Positions 17,101-25,000 of a stretch of 32,000 nt of DNA are shown here, piece by piece (positions within the stretch are counted from its first letter, which is position 1; each line of letters begins with the position of its first letter). Both the position numbers and the translations under genes were made by a program. The notes below the pieces were generated by a model, which saw nothing but the letters and a program-made list of their open reading frames with translations, ran no database searches and was not told where the DNA came from. Location of the stretch: positions 38,393 to 70,392 of the forward strand of contig JAQTOB010000004.1 of the NCBI GenBank assembly GCA_028713575.1, in the 5' to 3' direction. The stretch is from Patescibacteria group bacterium (GTDB lineage: Bacteria > Patescibacteriota > Patescibacteriia > UBA2591 > UBA6264).

Positions 17101-18851
17101 AATTAGTGGTTCCGTTTGGCACAGATGTTACTGACCTTGTGGCGTCTTTTACTACTACTGGCGCCTTGGTTAAAGTTAGCGGAGCAACACAAACCAGCGG
17201 TCAAACCGCTAATGATTTCACAAATTCTTTAATTTATACTGTTTCCGCCGTCAATGAGACAACACAGAATTATACGGTTAGTGTCACGGTCTTGACTAAT
17301 ACGCAAACCGCCATAGATGATGAGGGCGCTGTTACCATTGATAACAGCACGCCTCAGGCGGTTATTATTAATCCAACTCAGGCAGTCACTGTTGATATTG
17401 CCGAAGACACGGAAGGCCCGAGCATTGATGTTAGTTCATTTATTAGTGCCGGAACAGGAACCATTCCTCAAATTACTATTACAGCCGCGAACGCGAATAA
17501 TGTTAATGTAGCCATTCCCGCCTCCACCACTGTGACCAGTGCTGATTCGGCTTGGGATGGAGTAATTGCCGCGCCAGTCGTGACCACGGTCACTTTGCCC
17601 AATACTTCAGGAGAAATGAAAACATTAAGCACAGCCATTGAAGTCGGATTCTCCGGTGCCAAATTATCTTTTGATAAGGCGGTTAGGCTATTATTGCCGA
17701 ACCAAGCGGGGAAAAGAGTAGGTTACATTAGAACAGGAATTGATTTTACGGAAATAACTTCGGTTTGTGACGCAGACAGCCAAGCGGTTGGCGACCTCTT
17801 GTCCGCTGACGGTGAATGTAAAAAAGATGTGGGCAATGATTTAGTTGTCTGGACAAAACATTTTACTTCCTTTGCCACTTTTAGCGCGGTTCCTTTGTCT
17901 AGTGGCGGAGGAGGCGGCAGCGCTCCTGTTTTAGTGGGCCCCTCTGATTTAAGTTTAAAAATAAATAATGATGCATTGGAAACTTTTTCAAGAAATGTTG
18001 TTTTAAATATTAATGCCGCTAATGCCACGGAAATGTTAGTCGGCGATACTGTTGATTTTGCCAATGTTGATTGGGAAGAGTATGCGAGTTTGAAAAATTG
18101 GACCTTAACTTCTGGCAATGGAGAAAAAATAATTTATATTAAATTTAGAGACAGCAGTCACAATGAATCTTCTGTAGTTTCCGACACGATTATATTAGAA
18201 GAAGAAATAGTTGCGGTTGGCGAGGGAAGCTTGGTTAAAACTGCTGATTCTACTGCTTTGTATTTGATTCTTAATGCCAAGCGTCATGTTTTTCCGCACT
18301 TGGCCGTTTATCATTCCTGGTCTTATCCAAATGATTTTTCCACTGTTAAAACAATTACTACTGTTGAATTAAATCAATATCCGGAAGGCGATGCCGTTCC
18401 TTTCCGCGACGGCTCAATGTTCAGGGGCACGACCCAATCCTTGTATGGTAAATCCGCTTCTGCTGTTTTTTATGTAGAAGACGGGAAATTAAGAGCAGTT
18501 AAATCAGGAGAAATTTATCAGACACTTTTTAATGACCCGAATTGGTCATTAGTCACTTGGGTTCCGGACGACTTGTTGGCCAAGTTTAATTATGAATTGT
18601 CTAATGATTTAGATTCGTCAGATATCCATCCCAATGGTTCTTTGGTTAAATACCCTGATGCTCCTGCGGTTTACCTGATTAAAAATGGCAAAAAGCAACC
18701 CTTTTCTTCTTGGGACATTTTCGTCGCTAACGGTTATAGTCAAAGGAAGATTTTTGTCATTTCGGCTGAAGAGACCTATGAAACAGCAGAAATAATCAGC
18801 AGTTTAGCCGAATCCCTGACTACGCCAGTCATTGCTGCGATGTATCAATAG
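14109..18851 (+). CDS. Giant secreted surface protein: 12 NHL-type blades, Ig-like domains and a C-terminal 'VY..G.KR' repeat module
   Basis: 1580 aa with a signal or anchor segment (ITKIIFVFLMVATMTGSLTNIAQA). There are 12 occurrences of the NHL-like strand motif [NH][NHKS]R[VIT][LMTV][VI][FY][DNQ], such as NNRVLVYD and NHRVMVFD, interleaved with YVLGQPDFTS-type motifs. Further elements are a He_PIG-like Ig domain (GTVGEVYSQTISGTGGAEPY...LPTGLSL), further beta-sandwich domains, a GGGGG linker and a C-terminal module shared with the gene at 22036. Confidence 0.9.
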   Translation: MKIKNKIFRRVKQKITKIIFVFLMVATMTGSLTNIAQAYLLDAVDLLGQMDTLDEPIYTRSTQNNPYSTIVSNAVFNGAEDVKIDTVHHRLFVADRSNNRVLVYDLDENNQFEHYAADYVLGQPDFTTVSAGTTQSKFNASRYIAYDSNHQRLFVSEEENKRVTVFDLSEGVTTGMDASYVLGQPDFTTSDTTTTLFGFDYCWGLAYDLDNDYLYVADGSSHNRILIFDVAPEEMYNYKPAFAHLGSLIGTALDDSHFEGPHGLVLDKTNDILYATDTDHHRIMIFDTEEIINGESAINVLGQLNFTSDSTSTSSVGMNYPYNVDFDGVDERLFVADATNHRVMVFDVSGGVTDGMEASYVLGQIDFDANSSGATQSKFNKPRGVAYNSVTKELYVGDSGNNRIMVFDLSQGITNGMNASKLLGHTTRGGVPNWTFTTANQMGAPIDDIGLHTPDKVHFDSVGHRLFQSDQNNSRILVYNLDENNNLIDHVADYVIGRDDFFTGGSDNTGGGQAAFKWQHNSILDSGRQRLFVSDSYNNRIMVFDISEGIANGMNAAYVLGQPDFTSYDAITTISGVNGPRGFAFDSSTDRLFVADRNNHRVLVYDVAEIETGEDAINVLGQSDFTSNSATTSISGMDYPYDLALDQTNQRLFVIDKNNNRVVVYDVAEITNGEDAVAVLGQADFNSKIDTVEDVEQRIQTQDRLFNTRGVAYDSVNNWLFVVEYAGHRVMVFDVTEIENGEPAINVLGDETFNTTLLETIDANENTNRVATASNFWTPETAEIDGTNRKLYVSDQNHNRTMIFQLPKITTASLSNGTVGEVYSQTISGTGGAEPYVCSLVSGTLPTGLSLNANCTITGAPSAAGTANNLVIRFSDSSITSPETVGLWHNKTFSLTVDESLANIKISAKAELTAALATYNQEDYTEENWTGLNTYKTDGDTAIDDAEDTAGVTTAKNTAINGMAGVETIAQTLKTITAFSVPNQVGASTINQTDKTIKLVVPFGTDVTDLVASFTTTGALVKVSGATQTSGQTANDFTNSLIYTVSAVNETTQNYTVSVTVLTNTQTAIDDEGAVTIDNSTPQAVIINPTQAVTVDIAEDTEGPSIDVSSFISAGTGTIPQITITAANANNVNVAIPASTTVTSADSAWDGVIAAPVVTTVTLPNTSGEMKTLSTAIEVGFSGAKLSFDKAVRLLLPNQAGKRVGYIRTGIDFTEITSVCDADSQAVGDLLSADGECKKDVGNDLVVWTKHFTSFATFSAVPLSSGGGGGSAPVLVGPSDLSLKINNDALETFSRNVVLNINAANATEMLVGDTVDFANVDWEEYASLKNWTLTSGNGEKIIYIKFRDSSHNESSVVSDTIILEEEIVAVGEGSLVKTADSTALYLILNAKRHVFPHLAVYHSWSYPNDFSTVKTITTVELNQYPEGDAVPFRDGSMFRGTTQSLYGKSASAVFYVEDGKLRAVKSGEIYQTLFNDPNWSLVTWVPDDLLAKFNYELSNDLDSSDIHPNGSLVKYPDAPAVYLIKNGKKQPFSSWDIFVANGYSQRKIFVISAEETYETAEIISSLAESLTTPVIAAMYQ

Positions 18852-18880
18852 AATTAAGCCGAAATTCGGTTTAAATAAAG

Positions 18881-19454
18881 AAAAGTCCTCCTATTTTTGA
18901 GGGGGTCTTTTCTTTGTTTTGAGACTCGGTTTCCCGTTGGAAACCGAGTCTCTTCACTTCTTGGTTGTTTTGAGACTCGGTTTCCCGTTGGAAACCGAGT
19001 CTCTTCACTTCTTGGCTTCCTGTTTAAAGTTCGGTTTCCCGCTTTGCTTCGTAGCGAGCTTTGCTCTGCTACTGGGGCTGGAAGCCGAACTTCTTTATTT
19101 TATAAAAAGCCACTTGGTCTTTAAAGTCCTCCTATTTTTGAGGGGGTCTTTTCTTTGTTTTGAGACTCGGTTTCCCGTTGGAAACCGAGTCTCTTCACTT
19201 CTTGGCTTTGATACTTTGGCGCAATCCCTGATTATGCCGGCTATGGCCGATTTAGCGCAATAAAGCTTCTATTATATATACACTTTGTTTTGAGACTCGG
19301 TTTCCCGTTGGAAACCGAGTCTCTTCACTTCTTGGCTTCCTGTTTAAAGTTCGGTTTCCCGCTTTGCTTCGTAGCGAGCTTTGCTCTGCTACTGGGGCTG
19401 GAAGCCGAACTTCTTTATTTTATAAAAAGCCACTTGGTCTTTAAAGCCTTTTTT
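18881..19454. repeat. Composite intergenic repeat island with a 32-nt perfect palindrome (x4) and a duplicated ~170-bp segment
   Basis: GAGACTCGGTTTCC-cgtt-GGAAACCGAGTCTC lies at 18921-18952, 18972-19003, 19162-19193 and 19292-19323. The segment at about 18963-19134 is repeated at about 19283-19454 (offset 320 bp). It contains a long hairpin, gttcggtttcc...ggaagccgaac, at 19027-19092 and 19347-19412, followed by a T-rich tract. The element aaagtcctcctatttttgagggggtcttttc occurs at 18882 and 19123. Confidence 0.9.
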
Positions 19455-19546
19455 ATAGGGAGGTTTGACCCCTTCCTCTTGTTATAAATATTATAAATGT
19501 TATAATAATTTTCTACTATTTTCGTAAAATTTTCGTATTTCGTAGC

Positions 19547-20077
19547 ATGTTCCACCTCAGAGAGAAAATCCTTTTTCATCAAATTAAAAACGGTGACGAA
19601 CAGGCCTTCACCGTCTTTTATAATACCTATAAAGACAGAATTTATCGTTTTATTTATTTTAAAGTTTCTGATCGTGAAAAAGTTTATGATTTGGTTTCCG
19701 AAGTTTTTATTAAAATATATGATTATATTAAAGAGGGGAATGACATTGATAATTTTCAAGCTTTTTTGTATAAAATCGCTCGTAATTTAGTAATAGATTT
19801 TTATCGCACTAAAAAAGAGGAAATTTCTTTAACTGATGCGCCGGAAACAGTTTCTCCTATCAATTTAGAAAAAGAAGTGGGAGATAAGGTTGCCGTGGAA
19901 AACGTCAAAAGATACCTTAATAAAATTAAACCAGAATACCGCGAAGCGGTTCATCTTCATTTTTTTGAAAATTTTTCTTTTTCCGAGATTGCGGATATTA
20001 TCAATCAATCCGAAGGCAATGTTAGGATTAGGGTTTATCGCGGCATTAAGCAATTAAAAGAGGTTTTAAGGGGTTGA
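19547..20077 (+). CDS. ECF-type (sigma-70 family, group 4) RNA polymerase sigma factor
   Basis: 176 aa. Region 2 is AFTVFYNTYKDRIYRFIYFKV...FQAFLYKIARNLVIDFYR. Region 4 HTH is YREAVHLHFFENFSFSEIADIINQSEGNVRIRVYRGIKQLKE. Confidence 0.9.
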   Translation: MFHLREKILFHQIKNGDEQAFTVFYNTYKDRIYRFIYFKVSDREKVYDLVSEVFIKIYDYIKEGNDIDNFQAFLYKIARNLVIDFYRTKKEEISLTDAPETVSPINLEKEVGDKVAVENVKRYLNKIKPEYREAVHLHFFENFSFSEIADIINQSEGNVRIRVYRGIKQLKEVLRG

Positions 20078-20595
20078 ACCCCTTCTATATGTAGGGGTTC
20101 AACCCCCTCCCCAATAATCGCCATCATAAACTTTTTACACAGGAACTTTTTACACATTTTTACACAGGACATTTTTACACAGGTTGAACCTGTGTAAATT
20201 TTCATTTGCATATTTCACAAAACAAATCCAAAATCCAAAACCCAAATTTTCATAATCACTTGGGAACCGAGTTTCTAAAAAGCAAGAAAGCAAGAGATGG
20301 ATTCTACGCTAGAAACTCGGTTTCCCGTTGGAAACCGAGTTTCCTTCTCCCCAATAATCGCCATCATAAACTTTTTACACAGGAACTTTTTACACATTTT
20401 TATACAGCACATTTTTACACAGCACATTTTTATACATTTTTACACAGGTTGAACCTGTGTAAATTTTCATTTGCATATTTCACAAAACAAATCCAAAATC
20501 CAAAACCCAAATTTTCATAATCACTTGGGAACCGAGTTCCTAAAAAGACATTTTTACACAGGTTGAACCTGTGTAAATTTTCATTTGGCATTTAG
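20068..20595. repeat. Composite intergenic repeat island with GGGGTT-G-AACCCC and TACACAGGTT-G-AACCTGTGTA palindromes and TTTTTACACA reiterations
   Basis: aaggggttgaacccctt (20068-20084) contains the sigma stop codon, and its inverse aggggttcaacccct lies at about 20093-20107. A block of about 175-200 bp (ctccccaataatcgccatcataaac...cacttgggaaccgagtt.ctaaaaag) occurs at about 20107-20282 and about 20346-20547, with a third partial copy at 20548-20595. A variant of the 18921-type palindrome lies at 20312-20343. Confidence 0.9.
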
Positions 20596-20631
20596 TCATT
20601 TGATATTGATTTGACATTTGACATTGGAAAT

Positions 20632-20661
20632 TTGACATTTCACGTTTTAATGGTGTATAAT
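20632..20661 (+). promoter_or_regulatory. Near-consensus sigma70-type promoter upstream of the gene at 20725
   Basis: TTGACA (20632-20637), an 18-nt spacer, then TATAAT (20656-20661). Two additional TTGACA copies lie at 20611 and 20618 within an ATTTGACAT reiteration. Confidence 0.5.
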
Positions 20662-20724
20662 TTTTCCCCTTTCTTCGTCTTATTATTTGTCATTTAGCCA
20701 TCAAATAGTTAAATCTCAATTTCA

Positions 20725-21702
20725 ATGAAATTTAAAAATTTGACCCGACAATATAATTCAATAAAATTGGATACTGTTTCTGAAGATAAAATTCGGGAAC
20801 GGGTTTTTGATTATTTTCAACAAACTCGTCCTGCTACGCCAACAATGAGTTATCATTTTAGTTTGTTTCTTAAACCGGCTTTAATAAGTTTGCTGGTTTT
20901 GTTTTTTATTTTTACAACTGGTTTTGGAACAATAGCCGTGGCGAAAAAATCCTTGCCCGGTGATTTTTTATATTCTCTTAAAAGAGTTGTGGAAAAAAGT
21001 CAAATGTTTTTGGCTTTTAGTTCTTCGCAAAAAGTCGTTTTACGCGCGGAAATTTTAAATAATCGTTTTGATGAAGCCAAGGTTTTGGTTAAGAAAATGG
21101 AAACAGGAGACAAGGAGTCAGAATCAGATTTTAATATCTTGGCCGCGAATTTTAATCAGGAATTAAAAATTTTAAAAGAAGAAATTGGAGAACAAATTTT
21201 AGTAGAGGATGGGCCTTTTCCGGCTGAGGACTTATTAAACACCGAATTATTGGACCAGGGTTCATTGCCGATTCAAGACCAACGCCAGATGTTTACTGTT
21301 TTGCCCAATGAAGACATTGAAAGACTCTTGACTGAAACCAGAGAATTGCTGGCTGAAAAAAATATGGCTTTGGCCCTAGCTCGGATTGAGCAAGTAGAAA
21401 AAATAGTCAGCGGTGAAGAAAAAGTAGAACCCCAAGAGGCAGAATCTCAGGAAATAGAACTTCAAGAAATTCAGGAAAATGAAAAGAGGATTTTAGAATC
21501 AACAGAAGAAAATTTTCAATTTCCAGCTCTTCAACCGGCGGAACAATCTCCGAATTCCGAATTGCTTGAAACCCAATCCTTGAATTCCCAATTACCCAAT
21601 TTAGGTTCAACAGGAAATCTTTCAAAAGAAAAACAAGATGATTTTAAAGTTAAAATAGAAAAGGATTCTTCAGCGCAAACCAGTATGATTCGGGAAGAGT
21701 AG
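20725..21702 (+). CDS. Single-pass membrane protein with a DUF5667-like extracytoplasmic domain; candidate anti-sigma or sigma-associated partner
   Basis: 325 aa. A short cytoplasmic N-terminus is followed by a TM helix (ALISLLVLFFIFTTGFGTIAV), then LPGDFLYSLKRVVEKSQMFL, which matches my recollection of the DUF5667 signature. The tail is acidic and E/Q-rich. The gene follows the ECF sigma gene, and no HxxxCxxC zinc motif is present. Confidence 0.65.
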   Translation: MKFKNLTRQYNSIKLDTVSEDKIRERVFDYFQQTRPATPTMSYHFSLFLKPALISLLVLFFIFTTGFGTIAVAKKSLPGDFLYSLKRVVEKSQMFLAFSSSQKVVLRAEILNNRFDEAKVLVKKMETGDKESESDFNILAANFNQELKILKEEIGEQILVEDGPFPAEDLLNTELLDQGSLPIQDQRQMFTVLPNEDIERLLTETRELLAEKNMALALARIEQVEKIVSGEEKVEPQEAESQEIELQEIQENEKRILESTEENFQFPALQPAEQSPNSELLETQSLNSQLPNLGSTGNLSKEKQDDFKVKIEKDSSAQTSMIREE

Positions 21703-22035
21703 TTTTTTAAAAAAGTATTCGCAATATTTAGATAAATTCGTAATTTAGAATTATTTAACTAACTAACCATTAATATAATTTTCCCCCTTGGTGAAAGTTG
21801 ATTCTCTGTCGATAGTCAGCGATTAGCTAATCCTTCGCGGGAATTAAAGGTCGAGCTCAATTTTGAGAAATTTTCGGACATCGGGATATCCCCCGAGAGT
21901 TTCAAGAAAAGAGCGGGGTAAAAATAATAAATATACGAATAATCATGAATTATAAAACAAAATACCAATCGCGAATTCGTGATTAGTTAAAATTCGTTCA
22001 AAATTCGTGAAAATTCGTAATAATTAGAGGATTAA

Positions 22036-25000
22036 ATGAATAAACTTAAAAAATTGATTGCTTTGGGAACAACCGTTTCAATGCTTTTGAGTTTAGTAGT
22101 GGTGATGCCTGCTCGAGCCGTGACCATCGCCGATGGCGATTTGGTTATGACCACCAGCAGCTCTGCTGTTTACTATATTCAAGGAGCGTATAAACGCGTT
22201 TTTCCTCATTATAATGTCTATCTTTCTTGGGGCTATCCTTCTGATTTTTCTACCGTTAAAACGGTCAGCACTTCGGAATTAGCCTCTTATACCGACGCCA
22301 ATCCAATGCCGTTCCGCGACGGAGCGCTCTTCCGCGGCACTGCTGCCAGTTTAGGCGATAAAGATGCAACTGCTGTTTTTTATGTTGAAAACGCTCAGCT
22401 TCGCCCTGTTTTATCAGAGCAAGTTTATCAAGCGTTATTCAAAGATACAGACTGGGCAAAAGTTACTTGGGTTCCTGATGATTTATTGAGCAAATTCAAT
22501 TATGAAATGGGCTCAAATCTTTCTTCATCTTCAACCCATCCTGATGGCAGTTTGGTCAAGTATTCTAACTCAGACCAAATTTATGTCATTGAAAGCGGAA
22601 AAAAGAGAGCGATTTCTGCTACGGCTTTTGATGCCAACCGCTATAGTGTCGCCAATGTCATTACCATTGACTCAAGCGAAACTTATGCTAACGGTTCGGC
22701 TGTCACTGGCGTTGAATCCAGCTTATTAACACCAGGTTGGCTTGGAACCACTGTTGCTTCCGGTGCTTTGACCGCGAGTTTATATAACCCTCCGGCTGGC
22801 GCCACTATTCCGAACAAAGCTACTAATGTTTCTCTTTTAAAAGTTAAATTAACCGCGGGTAATACCGCTGCCACTATTAGTGGTTTGACTTTTAAGAGGA
22901 GTGATTTGGGCGCAACCACTGATTGGGACACCCTTTATGTTTATGAAGGGAATGATTGTATTACTCCCAATGGCCGTAGCTTAAGTTCGGACGACCATAC
23001 TGTTGAATTCGCGGTAAACATTAGCGTTCCTGCTAATGGTTATAAAGTTCTTGAATTGCGCGGTGATTTGAAAGCCGGTGGCGCGACCGCCAACAACCGC
23101 CATGCTTTCCAAATAACTGAGGTAGCAACTTCAGCCACGGTTAGCGGCTTGCCTTTAACTGGCAATGTGATGATTGTCGGCTCGGTCAATGTAACCACTG
23201 CTATTATCAGCGCCGGCACCCTTCCGATCAATCCTTCGGTCGGTGCTCAGGACGCCGAAATCGCCAACTTTAAGATTCAGGCCGGCGATAACGACATTAC
23301 TTTCAGCCAGATCGTCTTCACCTTTGCTGGCACTATGTCCAGAGGCGATATCACTAATCTTAATCTTTATTTGCTTGGTGAAACCGAATCTTTGGCGAGT
23401 GTTTCCGGTATCGCTTCCAACGACACCTTCACTTTGACTCTTGATTCTCCCTATGTCATTACTAAAGGACAGACCAAAAATTTTGTGTTAAGAGCTGATT
23501 TGACTGGTGAAGTCGGACGAACTTTGGAGATGTATATGGAAGAAACCTATCATTTGGCGGTTAGCGACAACGAATATAATTTCGGCGCCGCTGTCACCAA
23601 TAGTTTTGGCAACGCCGATGTGACTGCGTTAACTTTACAGGGTGGTGAAATCACCATGGCTGATAACGGTCCTTTGGCAGGAAATGTTGCGCAAAACCAA
23701 CAGGATGTGGTTTTAACCAAAATTGCTATTACTGCTGACCGGAGCATTGAAGTCCGCAAGTTATTTGTTACCTTGGCCAGTGATGTGGCGGGTGCTGCTA
23801 ACCCGACTGACGGAGTCAGCGACTTAAGAATTAAAGATGAAGATACTGGTCAAACTTTGATGACTCCGACTTCTGCAGTCGGCACCACCATCTCCGGTAA
23901 TTATCTGATGACTGGAACCTTTAATTTAACCGCCAATACTACCCGTAATTTAGTTATTACGGTTGACATTGGTGTTGATGCGGGTGATGCCCTTGACGGC
24001 AAATATGTTTCAGCCGACTTAAAAATGGTTGACCGCAGCGACGATTCAGTGGCGGACAACAGTAGCGGTGAAGAAGCGCAGATGCGTGATTCTTCCACTG
24101 GCGACTGGATTTTAACCGCTGATATTATTCCGATTAGCGTTTCTGGCGAACACCAGACTATCCAAACCCCGGCTTTGACCACGGCTGTGGCTTCAACTCC
24201 GGTTTCCGGCTTGACTTCCATTAAGGGTGCGTCAAAAGTTGATGGTATTGGCATTGTCTTTACCGCCGGTGATGCTTCTGCTGTTTCTTTACGGCAGTTC
24301 TCAGTCAGAGCTTATGTCAACAGCGCCGCTACTTTCTTGGCGACCAATGAAGACACTTCTCCGACTGGCGAAGTCACCACGGTCTACTTGTATGATGACT
24401 CCGGAACTTTATTGGCTTCTAAAACATTAAGTGCCACTTCCGCGAATCATGATTATGGCGCGGCTACTTTCAGTGGTCTTACTGTTACCATTCCGGCTGG
24501 TGAAAACAAGAAATTAACGGTTAAATTTGATGTCAATTCAACTTTAGAGGCGGCTAGATATGTTGCCTTTGGTATTGACGACGCGAGCATTACTGCTTAT
24601 GACAGCGAAGGTTCAACCGTGGATGTCACGGGCGACCTGAATTTCTACGCCAGCGACCTCAGCGTTCCGACTCACTACACTTATCTTGACACCGGTGGCG
24701 CTTTAACCATGGCGCAGGATCCGTCAACGCCTGATTCAGATATTGTTTTGGCGGGCGCGACTGACGTGATTATGTCCAAGATTAAATTCACCGCTACCAA
24801 AGAAGATTGGACGGTCAGTAAGTTGAGAGTTGAAATGGCTACTTCAGCCAATGAGAGCAGCGTCTCTAAAGTCAAGATTTCTTATCCGGGCGGTAGCGCC
24901 ACGGGCACTTTGTCCGGCGGTTTTGCTAAATTCACTGGCCTTAACTGGCTAATTGAAAAAGACACCGAAGAAATTTTGACCATCAGCGTTGATTTGGCGG

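Noticed and set aside
18897-19487. Three + strand ORFs (18897-19124, 18919-19263, 19290-19487) with repeated peptides such as RLGFPLETESLHFL
   Set aside because: They lie entirely in the palindromic repeat island and overlap one another in different frames. Their repetition mirrors the DNA repeats, so they are not credible genes.
20206-20520. A 104-aa ORF (…HFYTAHFYTAHFYTFLHRLNLCKFSFAYFTKQIQNPKPKFS)
   Set aside because: It is a translation of the TTTTTACACA / aaatccaaaatccaaaa repeat block, is low-complexity, and has no start signals.
21781-21920. A c-di-GMP (GEMM-I/II) or other known riboswitch upstream of the giant surface-protein gene
   Set aside because: I could not find the conserved GEMM core elements (for example the GCAAAGCC-type tetraloop-receptor context) or the signatures of other classes I can recall. 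I kept it only as an unclassified structured-leader candidate.
18225-22740. A diversity-generating retroelement (template/variable repeat pair) as the explanation for the similarity between the 3' end of the 14109 gene and the 5' end of the 22036 gene
   Set aside because: The divergence is spread over all codon positions and base types, with only about half of amino acids identical. It is not concentrated at adenine-templated sites, and no reverse transcriptase is in the window. This looks like ordinary paralogous domain sharing.
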